DNA from: a virus
Taxonomy: Duplodnaviria > Caudoviricetes
IMG/VR virus record: IMGVR_UViG_3300025600_000030
Location: 1-44,140 of that record
Direction: 5' to 3' (one strand)
DNA: 44,140 bases
The notes under the pieces were generated by a model. The model was not told the DNA's origin and ran no database searches. It saw only the letters and a program-made list of their open reading frames with translations. The position numbers and the translations under genes were made by a program. Shown here in pieces: positions 16,157-26,718 of this stretch. Position 1 is the stretch's first letter, and each line of letters opens with the position of its first letter.

Positions 16157-17242
16157 CTACCTTTCCACATTAATAGCGATTGTGAACGACTCTCCGGAAC
16201 CTGCGAGAATGATGCATACATAGATAGGCGGCGCTTTTCTATCGGTCTTGTCTGCGGTGGATAGATTGCCAACCGTATCAGCCTGTATAGAATATCCGCT
16301 CGTCAAACTGGCGCCGGTGAGCAGCTTCAAAACATTTGAGCCATTCCATGTACCCGAAGCTATAAAGCCACGCTTAAACGCAGCGTCACAAGCCCCTGTG
16401 ATAGCTGTGGTGACTTGAGCGGTTCCCGCGTCCGTGAGCGGAACCTTTGCGGACGATGCAATAACTGACATTACCGCTTTCTGAATTTCAGAAGTCAGTA
16501 TGTCAACACCGACAACTTCGTCGAAGTGTGAACCATCTGCCATAACGCCAGGCATAAACAGGCTGTATGCGTTGTTGTAAAGCGCGTAGTGGTTGCAGTT
16601 TTCACCATCAAGGATTGACACGTCAGCCCCTGACAGAGATTCAACTGTTACACCCGGCTCAGACTTGAACGCAAGGTCATACGAAACGGAAGCCGCGCCG
16701 CAGGCATACCCCATGATAGAAGCAACTGCATCGGCATATGTGCTGTACTGACCCAGTGAACGTCTATACTTTGACGTTTTAAGCGCCAGAGCTACGTTCC
16801 CGGCTGTCCCCGCCAAAACATCTGCATCATCGGTAGTATAGAACAGTACTGATGCAGGGGAAGTTGACTCAATATAAGCCGCAATAAGCTCAATGTCCGC
16901 CTTTTCTAAACCGAGGAATGTAACCGCATACCAACTAGTATTGGCTATTCGGCACGCCGTGAGCGCTTCTACGGCACTTTCTATCGTTCCTTGTGTTCCT
17001 ATGGCTATACGCGAGGGTGAGGGCGACTGGTTGAAGTAAAGCCTTGATGCCGAGACCTCAGCGCTGTTTGATGCGAACCCTGCCGCAATAACCTCGTCAA
17101 CATTGGCGTAGACTTTCACGCGGTCGCCAGTCGAAATAACCGAATTCTTAGAAACGATCAGACCAAGCGAAAAGTCCTCTGTTGATACCGATTCCGAGGG
17201 GAAGTTGACTGTAATGTTGATTATGCTGTTTAAACTAAGCAT
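16157..17242 (-). CDS. Tail sheath protein (DUF3383-like)
   Basis: YFNQSPSP, KSEPGVT, GVMADGSHFDEVVG, KVPLTDAG, DRKAPPI. Confidence 0.9.
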   Translation of the reverse strand: MLSLNSIINITVNFPSESVSTEDFSLGLIVSKNSVISTGDRVKVYANVDEVIAAGFASNSAEVSASRLYFNQSPSPSRIAIGTQGTIESAVEALTACRIANTSWYAVTFLGLEKADIELIAAYIESTSPASVLFYTTDDADVLAGTAGNVALALKTSKYRRSLGQYSTYADAVASIMGYACGAASVSYDLAFKSEPGVTVESLSGADVSILDGENCNHYALYNNAYSLFMPGVMADGSHFDEVVGVDILTSEIQKAVMSVIASSAKVPLTDAGTAQVTTAITGACDAAFKRGFIASGTWNGSNVLKLLTGASLTSGYSIQADTVGNLSTADKTDRKAPPIYVCIILAGSGESFTIAINVER

Positions 17243-17811
17243 TCGGAAACATCTCCTTTATCTGTTACTATAATTATGTCGGCTGTTGCGATAGCCGGAA
17301 TTGTTGTCTGTTTAATTACGAGCTGATTGAAGTCTGCCGTTAAGTCATAACGATGTAGCCACTGTTGCCCGATTAACTCAGGCACAAAAACAGCTTCTTC
17401 GACTTCGGGAATTAATGACATTCCCTTTGTAGCAAAATCAACTCTTATTGAGGGGTCAAAAAGCATTATTCTGAGCGTATCAGCCCATTCCATTGCGTTA
17501 TTGCCACAAAATCCCCAGTCAATACGCATTGTTCGATTGTATTTCTTAGTATAGGTGGATAACGCAGGATTGGTATTTGATGTATATATTGCATCAAACT
17601 GTTTGTTTGTGGGATCATCTCGGAATGTTATGCGGTAAAACACAAGGTCAGTATAAACATCTTTAATCCCTGCCGCGCCTTCTGGACTGTAAAAGGGCAA
17701 CACCGATGTCGATTTACCGCCAGGACCCAGCGTTGGGGCGTTGGTTGTGCCCGCAAGCATTTTAACGGTTTCATCACAAACAAAGTCCATGAGGTTGTTA
17801 TACATACTCAT
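17230..17811 (-). CDS. Tail terminator / neck protein
   Basis: Position just before the sheath; FVPELIGQQWLHRYDLTADFN. Confidence 0.7.
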   Translation of the reverse strand: MSMYNNLMDFVCDETVKMLAGTTNAPTLGPGGKSTSVLPFYSPEGAAGIKDVYTDLVFYRITFRDDPTNKQFDAIYTSNTNPALSTYTKKYNRTMRIDWGFCGNNAMEWADTLRIMLFDPSIRVDFATKGMSLIPEVEEAVFVPELIGQQWLHRYDLTADFNQLVIKQTTIPAIATADIIIVTDKGDVSECLV

Positions 17812-18191
17812 ATCGCGCCTACTCTTTCGGCAACCACTTTTTTTAAGCCGTACTCGCTATTTACGGATATGATCCTGTAAGAGCTTTCCCACGGGGTACC
17901 AGCATCCCAAATAATCTTGTCTGCGGTGTCGTTGCCGTCTGCGAGGTCGTGTGTCGTGTAAATCTGAACGTCATCTGAAAAGTATGCAGACAACTGTCCT
18001 GTTGCCCTGCTGCCTTCCGGGGAAGGTGTGACGGACTTGATTGTGTCTGGATTTAGTACACCTTGGAGTGTGAAGCGATACGGTGTGGATGGCGTATAAA
18101 CGCTTTTGATGAACTGACCGCCAGTTGTGCGCTCAATCGTTATATCCCTCTGGAATTCAGGGGAATGGATAACCTCGGACATATCAATCAT
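17808..18191 (-). CDS. Head closure / neck protein
   Basis: MIDMSEVIHSPEF...PEGSR...ADKIIW; synteny. Confidence 0.65.
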   Translation of the reverse strand: MIDMSEVIHSPEFQRDITIERTTGGQFIKSVYTPSTPYRFTLQGVLNPDTIKSVTPSPEGSRATGQLSAYFSDDVQIYTTHDLADGNDTADKIIWDAGTPWESSYRIISVNSEYGLKKVVAERVGAI

Positions 18192-18763
18192 CTGCCATCA
18201 CCTCGAATTACAAAAGTTATGCTGTTTCTTAGCGCCCCGGTGTCAATCAAAGGCTTGTCGGAGCCTTTTCGCTTTATTGTTTTCGGCGAGTTCGGCGCCC
18301 AGTTGTTGTGCAGAAAATAGCTCTTCACTTTCGACTGAGCGTAAAGCCCAGCGTCCATGAGTGGCTTTTCCGTGTCCTCGCCATTCATTGCCGCGGAAGC
18401 CGCAGCGCCCAACCGTTTCGCAATCCCCGCCTTGGAGCTTTCGATTGCTGGTTCGATAATTGGTCTTGCGGGTACCTGCTCCACGAAAGAACCGTGTGCC
18501 TGAATATACATTTGGCGAGCAACGCTATATTTAATGCCTTTGTCAATATCCGGCTGCATGGCTTGGCGTACTTCCCGCGGCCTGACTCCGTGCATGTGAA
18601 TATATACAAGGTCAGAATTGGTAATATCGTCGGTGCCATCGGCGCTTCTTCCGGCATCATTCTTATCTGCAGGTACACCAACGGCGACCTTTTGGCTGGA
18701 TAGTTTTTTAAGCCTCTCCATGAGTCCGTCAACACCGCCGTCATGAACGATATGCTTTACCAT
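18188..18763 (-). CDS. HK97 gp10-like neck / tail completion protein
   Basis: VPARPII...WAPNSPKTIKRKGSDKPLIDTGALRNSIT. Confidence 0.8.
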   Translation of the reverse strand: MVKHIVHDGGVDGLMERLKKLSSQKVAVGVPADKNDAGRSADGTDDITNSDLVYIHMHGVRPREVRQAMQPDIDKGIKYSVARQMYIQAHGSFVEQVPARPIIEPAIESSKAGIAKRLGAAASAAMNGEDTEKPLMDAGLYAQSKVKSYFLHNNWAPNSPKTIKRKGSDKPLIDTGALRNSITFVIRGDGR

Positions 18764-19293
18764 ATCATCATGCCACCTTTGCCGAGCAACTTAGCTGTAC
18801 TGGCAAACTGTTGACCGTAAGTCGTGGATTTGAAGTCACCATATCCGTCAAGGTCACGTGCAATCGATTCTGTGTCGTAGCTGACCGAAACGCCGTCTAC
18901 CGATTTGGAAGTCATGACGGCGCGTGGCATAGACGAGGCAATGAGTCCCTGTACATCTCTTACGGTTGTTGCAGCGAGGTATAGTGTCGCTTTATGGGCG
19001 ATATAATTGCACATTCCACCTAACCACTGTGAGTGCCAGCGGTTTTCTTGTACTCTTCCGTTTGCCTCAGCTAAAAAGATGGTAAATGCAGCGTCAGGGA
19101 TTACGAGCTTCAAGGTGTAGCCTATTTTTGCCGCGCCCTCTTGAAGGTCTATGAATTGAGGATAAAAAGCCGTGAAATTAGCCGCAGTAAAGGCGGTATT
19201 AGCTCCCGCCTTTATATTGCTTGCACCAGAGATGATTTGTCCCACGGGAACGTCTGTTATATTGTTGTAAAACGATGTGCCGTATGGGTACAT
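18757..19293 (-). CDS. Head-tail adaptor (DUF4054-like)
   Basis: FTAFYPQF...YIAHKATL...SKSVDGVSVSYD...STTYGQQF. Confidence 0.85.
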   Translation of the reverse strand: MYPYGTSFYNNITDVPVGQIISGASNIKAGANTAFTAANFTAFYPQFIDLQEGAAKIGYTLKLVIPDAAFTIFLAEANGRVQENRWHSQWLGGMCNYIAHKATLYLAATTVRDVQGLIASSMPRAVMTSKSVDGVSVSYDTESIARDLDGYGDFKSTTYGQQFASTAKLLGKGGMMIW

Positions 19294-19304
19294 AAAATCA
19301 CTCC

Positions 19305-19592
19305 TTATTTCTTGTCTCCGCCCTCTAATATGCCGAGAGCTTCTGCGGTTTGCTCATGCTGTGCGCCATTGCGTTTCCCTGTTGGATTTTTCAAAGCCTT
19401 ATCCATGTCTTTAGGCTCGCTCATTATCGTTATATCCCCAGACTTCACCAGTCCCATAAAATAAGGGTCCTTTTTGAAGTTATCGGGGATATTATAGGAA
19501 AACTGCTGATAAGGACAGAGTATTTCCCTGTCCTTATCACTGGTGCTGTTCGGGTTTTTAAACGCGAAAGACTTGCGTGCGAATATAGTCAT
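19305..19592 (-). CDS. Hypothetical protein in the head module
   Basis: ORF with SD between capsid and adaptor genes. Confidence 0.7.
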   Translation of the reverse strand: MTIFARKSFAFKNPNSTSDKDREILCPYQQFSYNIPDNFKKDPYFMGLVKSGDITIMSEPKDMDKALKNPTGKRNGAQHEQTAEALGILEGGDKK

Positions 19593-19608
19593 AAGTTACC
19601 TTTCTCGG

Positions 19609-20673
19609 CTAGATACCGTCAAGATATCTTGCCGTCTGGGGATAGAGAACCTTGACCTGACCTATCTGTGCCGCAAAAGCGGTAAGATAAGCCTGCTGCT
19701 CCACGGACGGAGCTGTCATGATGCGAGTAAGGGGAACAGTCAGGTCGAAGTTGACGAACTTCTCGTCCATGCAATAGCCAACCATACGGTCGGCAGATGT
19801 GCCGCCGGTTACTCCGCCTGTATCAGTAGAACCACCTGCGCCTATGCACCAACGTGACGGGCGAATGGTAAGCTCTTTACCGAAGTTCTTTGCCATGTTG
19901 TTGTTTAGGATATACTCCAACGTGGACGAAGCGCCCGCAATGTTGATGGGCTGCATGAGATAAGCGAACTGCTGCGGAGGAATGAGGAAGTGGTTGATTA
20001 TTGCGCTCTCGTCATATTCGCAGGCTGCATAGCAAGCCATAATAACGGCATTGAAGTCGTTAAGAATATCGACAGGGGTTTTCTTGCTCCATGCTGTGTA
20101 TGTGGATGTAGCGGCGTCCTTGCCTGCTTCTGCGGCGTATACAGCAGGGCTGTTTACCAGTCCGAACGTGCCGTAGTTTGCAAAGCCCAGATAGGTGTTC
20201 TGGTCAAGCGCCTTGTTGAAGTTGAGGCGAATGCCGTCATTGTACATCTGGTCAAGAGACTTTGTTGCGCCTGTGTTCTGATACTTCTCGTTGTCGATAA
20301 AGGAAACCTTCATGTTGTTTCCCCATGTGAATACTTTGAACACGTCTTTGCTGACGTTGGCCTGAATGAGAGGGATACCGTTAGACTGGCCGCCCTGTAT
20401 TCCGTAGTCGCCGTCGTTGGAGTTGCCGCCTACGGAAGCATAGTCAACAAACACATTGGAGGTGTAGTCGACAAAGCCGCCGCCGGGGATTACATCGATG
20501 TCTTTGAAGTAGCTGACATTAGTCAGCGGCTCGAGGAGCCTAGGGTCACGCTTTTCAAGCTCGCCTCTGAGGAACGCCATACCACTCGTGGCAATGGCAT
20601 CTCCGGTCATTCCGTCGCCGACTATGCGGACACGCCCAGTTGCGAGGGCGTTATTGATTGTTTTTGCATCCAT
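19609..20673 (-). CDS. Major capsid protein (DUF2184-like, HK97 fold)
   Basis: AFLRGELEKRDPRLLEPL, GLVNSP, WSKKTPVDILNDFN, YPQTARYLDGI ending. Confidence 0.9.
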   Translation of the reverse strand: MDAKTINNALATGRVRIVGDGMTGDAIATSGMAFLRGELEKRDPRLLEPLTNVSYFKDIDVIPGGGFVDYTSNVFVDYASVGGNSNDGDYGIQGGQSNGIPLIQANVSKDVFKVFTWGNNMKVSFIDNEKYQNTGATKSLDQMYNDGIRLNFNKALDQNTYLGFANYGTFGLVNSPAVYAAEAGKDAATSTYTAWSKKTPVDILNDFNAVIMACYAACEYDESAIINHFLIPPQQFAYLMQPINIAGASSTLEYILNNNMAKNFGKELTIRPSRWCIGAGGSTDTGGVTGGTSADRMVGYCMDEKFVNFDLTVPLTRIMTAPSVEQQAYLTAFAAQIGQVKVLYPQTARYLDGI

Positions 20674-20688
20674 TATTATATTTCCCCC

Positions 20689-21186
20689 TTAACCTTTGTT
20701 AGCCGTAAGTATGGCGATTTCTGTGATACCGTTACCGTCTGTTACATTGGTGACAAACTTGCAGTTGGTGAGTGCTATTGCGCCCGTTGCGGTGACAGAG
20801 TCGAACTGCAAGAACGACTTGTCAACATTGAATGTTGCGAATACTGCGCCGCCTGCGGTCACTGCGTTTGAAGTGTTTGTCAAAATGGTTACGAAGCCCT
20901 GCTCGAGGACGTCGCAGCCGTCGCCGATTTCGTACTGCCCCATTGCGTTGCTTGCAAAGATGGTTTGCTGCTTTACGTTGCGAAGTGCGATACCTGCAAA
21001 TACTGCTAGGCTGTCGTCACTCGTGATCGGAGAGTAGGTGTTGTCGGTGTTGAGCTTCACGGGAATTCCGAAAGGAACAACCGCCGTCTTAGTAGGTCTG
21101 TTCATCACGAATGTTCTCGGGTCATTTCGTGATACTGTGCCGGGATAGCCGAGATTGAGAGATTTTCCGATTACAGAAGCTGGCAT
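20689..21186 (-). CDS. Capsid decoration / cement protein
   Basis: MPASVIGKSLNLGYPGTVSR; ATG at 21186 after AAGGAGG; lies between protease and capsid genes. Confidence 0.75.
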   Translation of the reverse strand: MPASVIGKSLNLGYPGTVSRNDPRTFVMNRPTKTAVVPFGIPVKLNTDNTYSPITSDDSLAVFAGIALRNVKQQTIFASNAMGQYEIGDGCDVLEQGFVTILTNTSNAVTAGGAVFATFNVDKSFLQFDSVTATGAIALTNCKFVTNVTDGNGITEIAILTANKG

Positions 21187-21187
21187 A

Positions 21188-22378
21188 TTATTTGTCCTCC
21201 TTGTTACGCAGAGCTTTGCAGTTGTCAACAAATGCATTCGTGTTCTCTGCTAGTGTTTTATTGGGTACAGAATCATGCGTGTGCGAGAGAGTTGCTTTTG
21301 CGATGTCGCCATAAACAGATGACTTCTTGCCGTCTTTGAGGATATTCATCAGTTCTTTGACAGCTTCGTCGCGTGCTACGCCGACGGGCATTTTAGCGAC
21401 GATGGGTTTCATTCTTTTGACAAACTCAACAGCAGAATCGCCCGCAGGTTTACCCTTGCAGTCATCGCCGATAGATTCGGACTTTTCTTTCTTTTCCTCT
21501 TCGAGGGATTCGTCCTCTTTCTTGGCTTCCTCTTTGATTGCCTCATCAAGGGTTTCCATCGGATCTGGGATTTCCTCGTGGACTTTCTTGTCGGATTCCT
21601 CCAACGCTGTAAGTCTTGCGGAGATGCCCTCGATTGCCTTCATGATTTCGCCTAGCGCATCGGGTTCTTTGGTTTCGGTGGTTTCGCCAGACGTTACCGC
21701 CTCGGCGAGCTCTTCGGGTTCTGCATCTTTGGCAAACTCCTTAATCCCGAGTCCAAAGATGTGCTTAGCTAGTGATGCTTTATCTTTTGCCATGTATTTG
21801 CTCCTTTCGCCCGCGCTTGGCGGTGCATTGTCATGGATGGCCACATCGCTACCCGCTCTGCCTTTAGGCACAACAGCGATATGGTTGCCACGTATGTTGC
21901 GCTGATAGATTTTGCCACCTTCGGGTATCCAGTCGCATAAATACCCGCAAGAAACTTCGCGCCGGCCTTTGCTTTGAACGGCATTAGTCAGCGTTGTGTC
22001 TGTTATAAATAAGTCTGCTACTAGATTGTCGGCGTTGTCGCCTGTGCCTCTTCGCACGTTCTGCATATGTCCTTTGCGGTAGTAGCTTTCGTTTGCTGTG
22101 TTTACCACTCCGTCACCGCTTGCGGTTTGGGGATGCCCCTCACAGATTGGCTTTCCCTCAAATGAGGCGATGGTCGCAGGACTAAAGACCTCTTCGGGGT
22201 CACGATACACTGAAACCATGCCATCTTTGCCGACATAGCTTTCGATATCGTCTATTGAAAGCTCGGAAGGCAAGTATAGCTGTACGCCCGTCCGTGCAAT
22301 TGGCACGTTTAAGGCGATGAGATAGCCCTCACTCGTTAGTGTCAAGTTAGGGCTTAGAGAAGAACCATAATAAATCAT
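21188..22378 (-). CDS. Prohead protease / scaffold (DUF2213-like)
   Basis: EGYL...VPIARTG...ASFEGKP...REVSCGY...NIRGNHIAVV..GRAG, then an acidic coiled-coil tail. Confidence 0.9.
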   Translation of the reverse strand: MIYYGSSLSPNLTLTSEGYLIALNVPIARTGVQLYLPSELSIDDIESYVGKDGMVSVYRDPEEVFSPATIASFEGKPICEGHPQTASGDGVVNTANESYYRKGHMQNVRRGTGDNADNLVADLFITDTTLTNAVQSKGRREVSCGYLCDWIPEGGKIYQRNIRGNHIAVVPKGRAGSDVAIHDNAPPSAGERSKYMAKDKASLAKHIFGLGIKEFAKDAEPEELAEAVTSGETTETKEPDALGEIMKAIEGISARLTALEESDKKVHEEIPDPMETLDEAIKEEAKKEDESLEEEKKEKSESIGDDCKGKPAGDSAVEFVKRMKPIVAKMPVGVARDEAVKELMNILKDGKKSSVYGDIAKATLSHTHDSVPNKTLAENTNAFVDNCKALRNKEDK

Positions 22379-22560
22379 GAAGGTTTTGCCTCCGATTCTT
22401 TTACATAGCTATCAAGCTCACATGCTAGATGCCGACCTTTGAATATCAAGTCGCGCATCATATCATCGTAATCTACCATTTTCTCACGGTGTGTAGTTGT
22501 CGCGAAAAGAAGCATATTGACCTCGGTAATATCAAACGCAATTTCGCTCAATTTTCTCAT
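22375..22560 (-). CDS. Small hypothetical protein
   Basis: ATGA-coupled at both ends; fills the gap exactly. Confidence 0.6.
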   Translation of the reverse strand: MRKLSEIAFDITEVNMLLFATTTHREKMVDYDDMMRDLIFKGRHLACELDSYVKESEAKPS

Positions 22561-23396
22561 TGTCCACCTCCGAATTTATCGTAGAAGGCTTTTTTACTCA
22601 TAGTTGTAACACTCCCATTTGCGTAGACCTTCATAGGCCATTCAGCTTCATCCCATGCGATAATCGGCTCAGCATAGCACCGACAGTTGTAGATCTCGCC
22701 GGGTCCATAGTGTCCGACGTTCTTTTCGCCTATCAATGCTTCAGGCGCCGGCTTATCACTGAAGCGGAACATCACGCCGTCCATCTTTTTATGTGAATCT
22801 CTGACGCGCCGGTCTTCTGCTGTATGCCATATCGCCCAGTCATGCCCGAGATGTTCCGCTCTGGCTTGCGTGAGGTCTGACATGGTTTTTGCGCTCTCAG
22901 TACGGCTTATCAGCCTGGCGTGCCAGTTAACCATATCGCCAACATACTCGCGGAATTCATCCGTCTTATATGCTGAGCGGCTTCCCTTTGTCTCTTGACC
23001 GCTAACGTGCTTGACCAACCGGGAGGCAACCTCTTTCGGTACGGACTTGATGTATTTAGCGTTGTTGTCGATAAGTTCGCGGTACCTTGCACCAACAGGT
23101 CCATTCATCTCACGGGACAGCTCCTGTCGAATATCGTTGCCCTGACCGCTCATCCGCGCGGCCTGCCGCCATGTTCGAGCATTCTCTTCCAGAGTATTTG
23201 TCACGAAGGTATGCGCAAGCGACTGTGCCCAGATGTCGAATTGTTCAGAGTCTGAGAAGAGGCCAAGTTTGTTTGTGATAACCTCAAGGCTGTCATCATC
23301 ATCAATTAGGCCAATCAAAAACCGCCCGAGTTTTCTCATGGCGGTTTTATAAGCACTCTCGATGTGTCGCCGGGCTTCCCATGCTGTGAAGTTCAT
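22557..23396 (-). CDS. Head morphogenesis protein (SPP1 gp7 / MuF family)
   Basis: ARLISRTE...WHTAEDRRVRDSH...PGEIYNCRC. Confidence 0.92.
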   Translation of the reverse strand: MNFTAWEARRHIESAYKTAMRKLGRFLIGLIDDDDSLEVITNKLGLFSDSEQFDIWAQSLAHTFVTNTLEENARTWRQAARMSGQGNDIRQELSREMNGPVGARYRELIDNNAKYIKSVPKEVASRLVKHVSGQETKGSRSAYKTDEFREYVGDMVNWHARLISRTESAKTMSDLTQARAEHLGHDWAIWHTAEDRRVRDSHKKMDGVMFRFSDKPAPEALIGEKNVGHYGPGEIYNCRCYAEPIIAWDEAEWPMKVYANGSVTTMSKKAFYDKFGGGQ

Positions 23397-23399
23397 AAG

Positions 23400-24956
23400 T
23401 TAAGCCCCCCGACTGCGCCCATACCGTTTTTGGTATTCTTCGTCAGTTATTTGACTTCCAGATGAACCGCTTTCCTCGCTGCCGGTCTTTTGAACGTCCG
23501 GTTGCTTATCAGATTGTTTCTGCGGCGGCTTCTTCTCGTTCGGCTCATCCTCTGAATTGGACTTCGACATGTTTCCGAATCCGCCCATATCGGGAATATC
23601 CCCTATGTCCGGTACCTCGTCAGCTTTCTCGATGTCCTCGTCTGTGATGTTGGTGAACATACCTGTTGTCTGACCCATTGCCTGAAGCTCTTTAAGTGCA
23701 ATCTTCTGCCCGAACAGACCAGCATTGAAACCGTCATAAATCGTTGTCGCCTTTTTGCTGACCAGTTCCGCAACGTCTGACTCTGACGGTGTTCTGACTG
23801 CATTAAATCGGAAGTTGATATCATCAGGGATTTTTCCAAACTGCGACATAAACATAACCGGGAGCAGCTTCTCAATTAAAGGTCTAAGATATGTTTCCTG
23901 CTTTCCACTTATCATGTCATAGTAGTTTTGCAAGTCTCCCTCGCCTGTTGCGTTCAGACTGCCCGGGGAACGTCCGAATAATTTCGTGATGGGTATACCG
24001 GTCGCGCCGGATACATCGAGCATAAATGACTCGTAAATATCGTTAAGACCTGTAAACGACGTGTTTTGGATTGAATCAAACTTATCCTTTTCGCCCAAGA
24101 CTAATGTTGAAAAGTTATTCATCAGCTGATTTTGATAGCTTAGCGTTTGGTACAGGTCGGAACGCGCCTCGTTGTCCGCAACGCCCATAAACTGGCTTAA
24201 TCCTTCGACCGTCCTGACATTTATATTGGCTCGGAATATCAGTCCTGCAAGGTTAGCGCTTGCGTTGTCTCTTTTGCGTATTTCTTCGTAGGTTGCCTCA
24301 ATCTCGGAAGCTCCCCACATCTGTGTACTCATTTGTTCCCACGCGGGTAACGGTCTGCCCTCGAACCTCAGTACGCGACTGTGATGAACTAAGAATGTTT
24401 TGGACTTTGTAAAGTCTGATATTTCGTAATACTTGGGTTTGCCAAACTCTGGATTGCCAATATCGTCCACGAGTTCCAAGTCGGGATAGACACCAGACCA
24501 TCGGTCGACGACCATAATACCCTTGAAACTGTCCGGCATGATTGACTTGACATCAAGCGGTTCCATTAAGTCCTCGTCACCGTCAATCATTATCAGCCCC
24601 GCAGCGCCACCGAACAAACGTCCCCACTTCAAGCCCTCCGTGACTTTAGCTCTCACGTGTGTTCTGCGTTCCAGTCTGTCTATGTCGTCCTGCATCTTGG
24701 GTGTCATTTCAGAGGTTATGGTAATCCACGCCCTGGTCATATCCTCGGCAACGAGGTCAATTATCTTAGACACTAGCCAGTTGTTACGATATAGGCTTAT
24801 TAGCGTCATGTAGTCTTGTGTCATGCGCGTTATGGGATAAGACGTGGAGTTCTCCGCGTTAGGCATACCGTAGCCCTGCCGTGTCATTTCGTTGAGATAT
24901 GAGTCAAGAGCAGTCCTTTTCGGGCGCTCAATTGTCTTTATGGTTTTGTTTGGCAC
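23400..24956 (-). CDS. Portal protein (DUF1073-like)
   Basis: LYRNNWL...WGRLFGGA...HHSRVLRF...IPITKLFGRSPG.NATGEGDLQNYYD; follows TerL. Confidence 0.9.
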   Translation of the reverse strand: MPNKTIKTIERPKRTALDSYLNEMTRQGYGMPNAENSTSYPITRMTQDYMTLISLYRNNWLVSKIIDLVAEDMTRAWITITSEMTPKMQDDIDRLERRTHVRAKVTEGLKWGRLFGGAAGLIMIDGDEDLMEPLDVKSIMPDSFKGIMVVDRWSGVYPDLELVDDIGNPEFGKPKYYEISDFTKSKTFLVHHSRVLRFEGRPLPAWEQMSTQMWGASEIEATYEEIRKRDNASANLAGLIFRANINVRTVEGLSQFMGVADNEARSDLYQTLSYQNQLMNNFSTLVLGEKDKFDSIQNTSFTGLNDIYESFMLDVSGATGIPITKLFGRSPGSLNATGEGDLQNYYDMISGKQETYLRPLIEKLLPVMFMSQFGKIPDDINFRFNAVRTPSESDVAELVSKKATTIYDGFNAGLFGQKIALKELQAMGQTTGMFTNITDEDIEKADEVPDIGDIPDMGGFGNMSKSNSEDEPNEKKPPQKQSDKQPDVQKTGSEESGSSGSQITDEEYQKRYGRSRGA

Positions 24957-26220
24957 TCCGGTAACCTCCTACAATAGTTTTGACGAAGTAGCGAATGGCA
25001 TCGACGGCATGGTCGAACTTCTTTACTGGCTCTTCGATGCCCTTTTCGCTGCGTTTCTCATTCCACACATACGCAACAATCTCATTAAGCGTATTAGGGC
25101 AGTTTTTGCGATTTATCTTTAGTCTGCCTTGAGTAAACAGCGTTCCAACAAGCCTAATGCCATCCAGAACATCATTATCCGCGTCAATAGTTCTAAGACC
25201 CTTCTGCTGTATCGCAATCTTGAACGATGCAGCGGAGGGGTCTATGATTATGCCTCTTAGGTTTGTTTTGTCGACAAACGTCACTAAATCATCAGCGTGT
25301 GCATCATCTGACTTCTGTTTATACTCTTTTTTGCTGTCGTAGTATCGCTCTCGCTCAACGTAATAGTTACCTTGACAGTCGTCTATAATCTCAAGAAACG
25401 TACACGGGTTTGTCGTGCCATAGTCTATTGTGACGTATCTTTTGTATACTCTTACTTTTAGGTCTATCGGTAATACGTCATATGTCATCGTTTCCGAGTC
25501 GAACATGTCATATATTGCACCCTGCGCCATTACCCAGTCGCCGAGAATAAACCGCCTAAAGAACACACCCGTCCATAGATTGCGGTACGTTGCCTTTGTC
25601 TTTTCCGACAACGATAAGTTATCATCAAGCGTAAAATGCAGATGCAATAGGTTCTTTTGGTACGCCTTGTCAATCAGTTCCATTTTCACATAGTGATATG
25701 GATTTTCAGGGTTACAGTTAAACCAGAGCTTATGACCCTCAACCGAACAGCGCCCCATGCCTTGATTGACAAACGACTCAGGCATAAGTGCCACTTCATC
25801 AAACAGGATACCCGCAAGCGTTATGCCTTGTATGAGGTCTTGACTCGACTCGTCCTTGCCGCCGAACAAAAAATAGTGGTTTGTCCTGCCGTTGTATGTA
25901 ATATCCATAAGGTTGTCGCTGCGGTGTTCTGTTATGACATATCCTCTTGATAAACACATCTTCTTTAATGGTGCTATGACGTTTCTGCGTAAGGATCCTA
26001 TTGTCTTACCGCATATTGCAAAGTTTTCATCATCAAACTTGGCGTTGCTCCAAATGACAAACGACAACGACATTGCAACGGTCTTGCCGGAACGTATAGA
26101 GCCATCGGCTATAATCCCGTCATAATCATTTACGGGACTTGCATCAGTCCACCAAGTAAGAAGTTGAAGCTGCTTTTTGCTGAAGGGCTGAAACTTGAAT
26201 GGTGCAATACTATTCTTCAT
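24928..26220 (-). CDS. terL: Terminase large subunit, PBSX-type
   Basis: DGSIRSGKT (Walker A), ILFDEVA (Walker B), IDYGTTNP, IDPSAASF, DHAVDAIRY. Confidence 0.95.
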   Translation of the reverse strand: MKNSIAPFKFQPFSKKQLQLLTWWTDASPVNDYDGIIADGSIRSGKTVAMSLSFVIWSNAKFDDENFAICGKTIGSLRRNVIAPLKKMCLSRGYVITEHRSDNLMDITYNGRTNHYFLFGGKDESSQDLIQGITLAGILFDEVALMPESFVNQGMGRCSVEGHKLWFNCNPENPYHYVKMELIDKAYQKNLLHLHFTLDDNLSLSEKTKATYRNLWTGVFFRRFILGDWVMAQGAIYDMFDSETMTYDVLPIDLKVRVYKRYVTIDYGTTNPCTFLEIIDDCQGNYYVERERYYDSKKEYKQKSDDAHADDLVTFVDKTNLRGIIIDPSAASFKIAIQQKGLRTIDADNDVLDGIRLVGTLFTQGRLKINRKNCPNTLNEIVAYVWNEKRSEKGIEEPVKKFDHAVDAIRYFVKTIVGGYRSAKQNHKDN

Positions 26221-26710
26221 CGCCCGCGCCCCACGCTTCGGTCGCCTTGCCCTCTAGTGCTGCGACAAATCCATCATCGGTTTTATTCGGGTCAACAGTG
26301 CTTGGGTCTATCTTGTCGCGCCACTCTCTCGGCTTGCGGTTCTTTAGCCATATGATTTGAGCGGTTACATCAGGTAGGACTTCTTTCTTGACTATCTTTG
26401 TAACGGCAAGTTCTTTGTGCTTATCGCCGTCCTCGTTCTCAACCGTTATGAGCTCTTGGGTTATTTCTTCGTACGAATATCCCTTGGCACGTTTAAGTAA
26501 TGAGTTCTCAACTTCAATGTCAACAACTTCTTTGCCTTTTTTTAAGGCAGCCGAAATAGCCGAATACTTTTCTTTCCAAAGCTTGAATGTTGAATAGGAT
26601 ATTGCCATCTTTTTGGCTATTTGTTCGCCCGTGAGTCCATCTCTTGCCCATGCAGAAAGAAGCAATAAACCGTCGGGTTCAAGCCATTCTTGGTATTTAC
26701 CTTTTGCCAC
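26210..26710 (-). CDS. terS: Terminase small subunit
   Basis: WARDGLTGEQIAKKM HTH, VENSLLKRAKGY, PDVTAQIIWLKNRKP; GTG at 26710 after GGGAGTG. Confidence 0.88.
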   Translation of the reverse strand: MAKGKYQEWLEPDGLLLLSAWARDGLTGEQIAKKMAISYSTFKLWKEKYSAISAALKKGKEVVDIEVENSLLKRAKGYSYEEITQELITVENEDGDKHKELAVTKIVKKEVLPDVTAQIIWLKNRKPREWRDKIDPSTVDPNKTDDGFVAALEGKATEAWGAGDEE

Positions 26711-26718
26711 AACGTACT

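Noticed and set aside
19990-20871. 293-aa + strand ORF
   Set aside because: Antisense to the capsid and decoration genes, with no motif or promoter; a typical shadow of a codon-biased gene.
23400-24956. Anti-CBASS Acb1 label sometimes given to DUF1073 proteins
   Set aside because: Size and position between TerL and MuF indicate a portal; no separate 2H phosphoesterase domain is evident.
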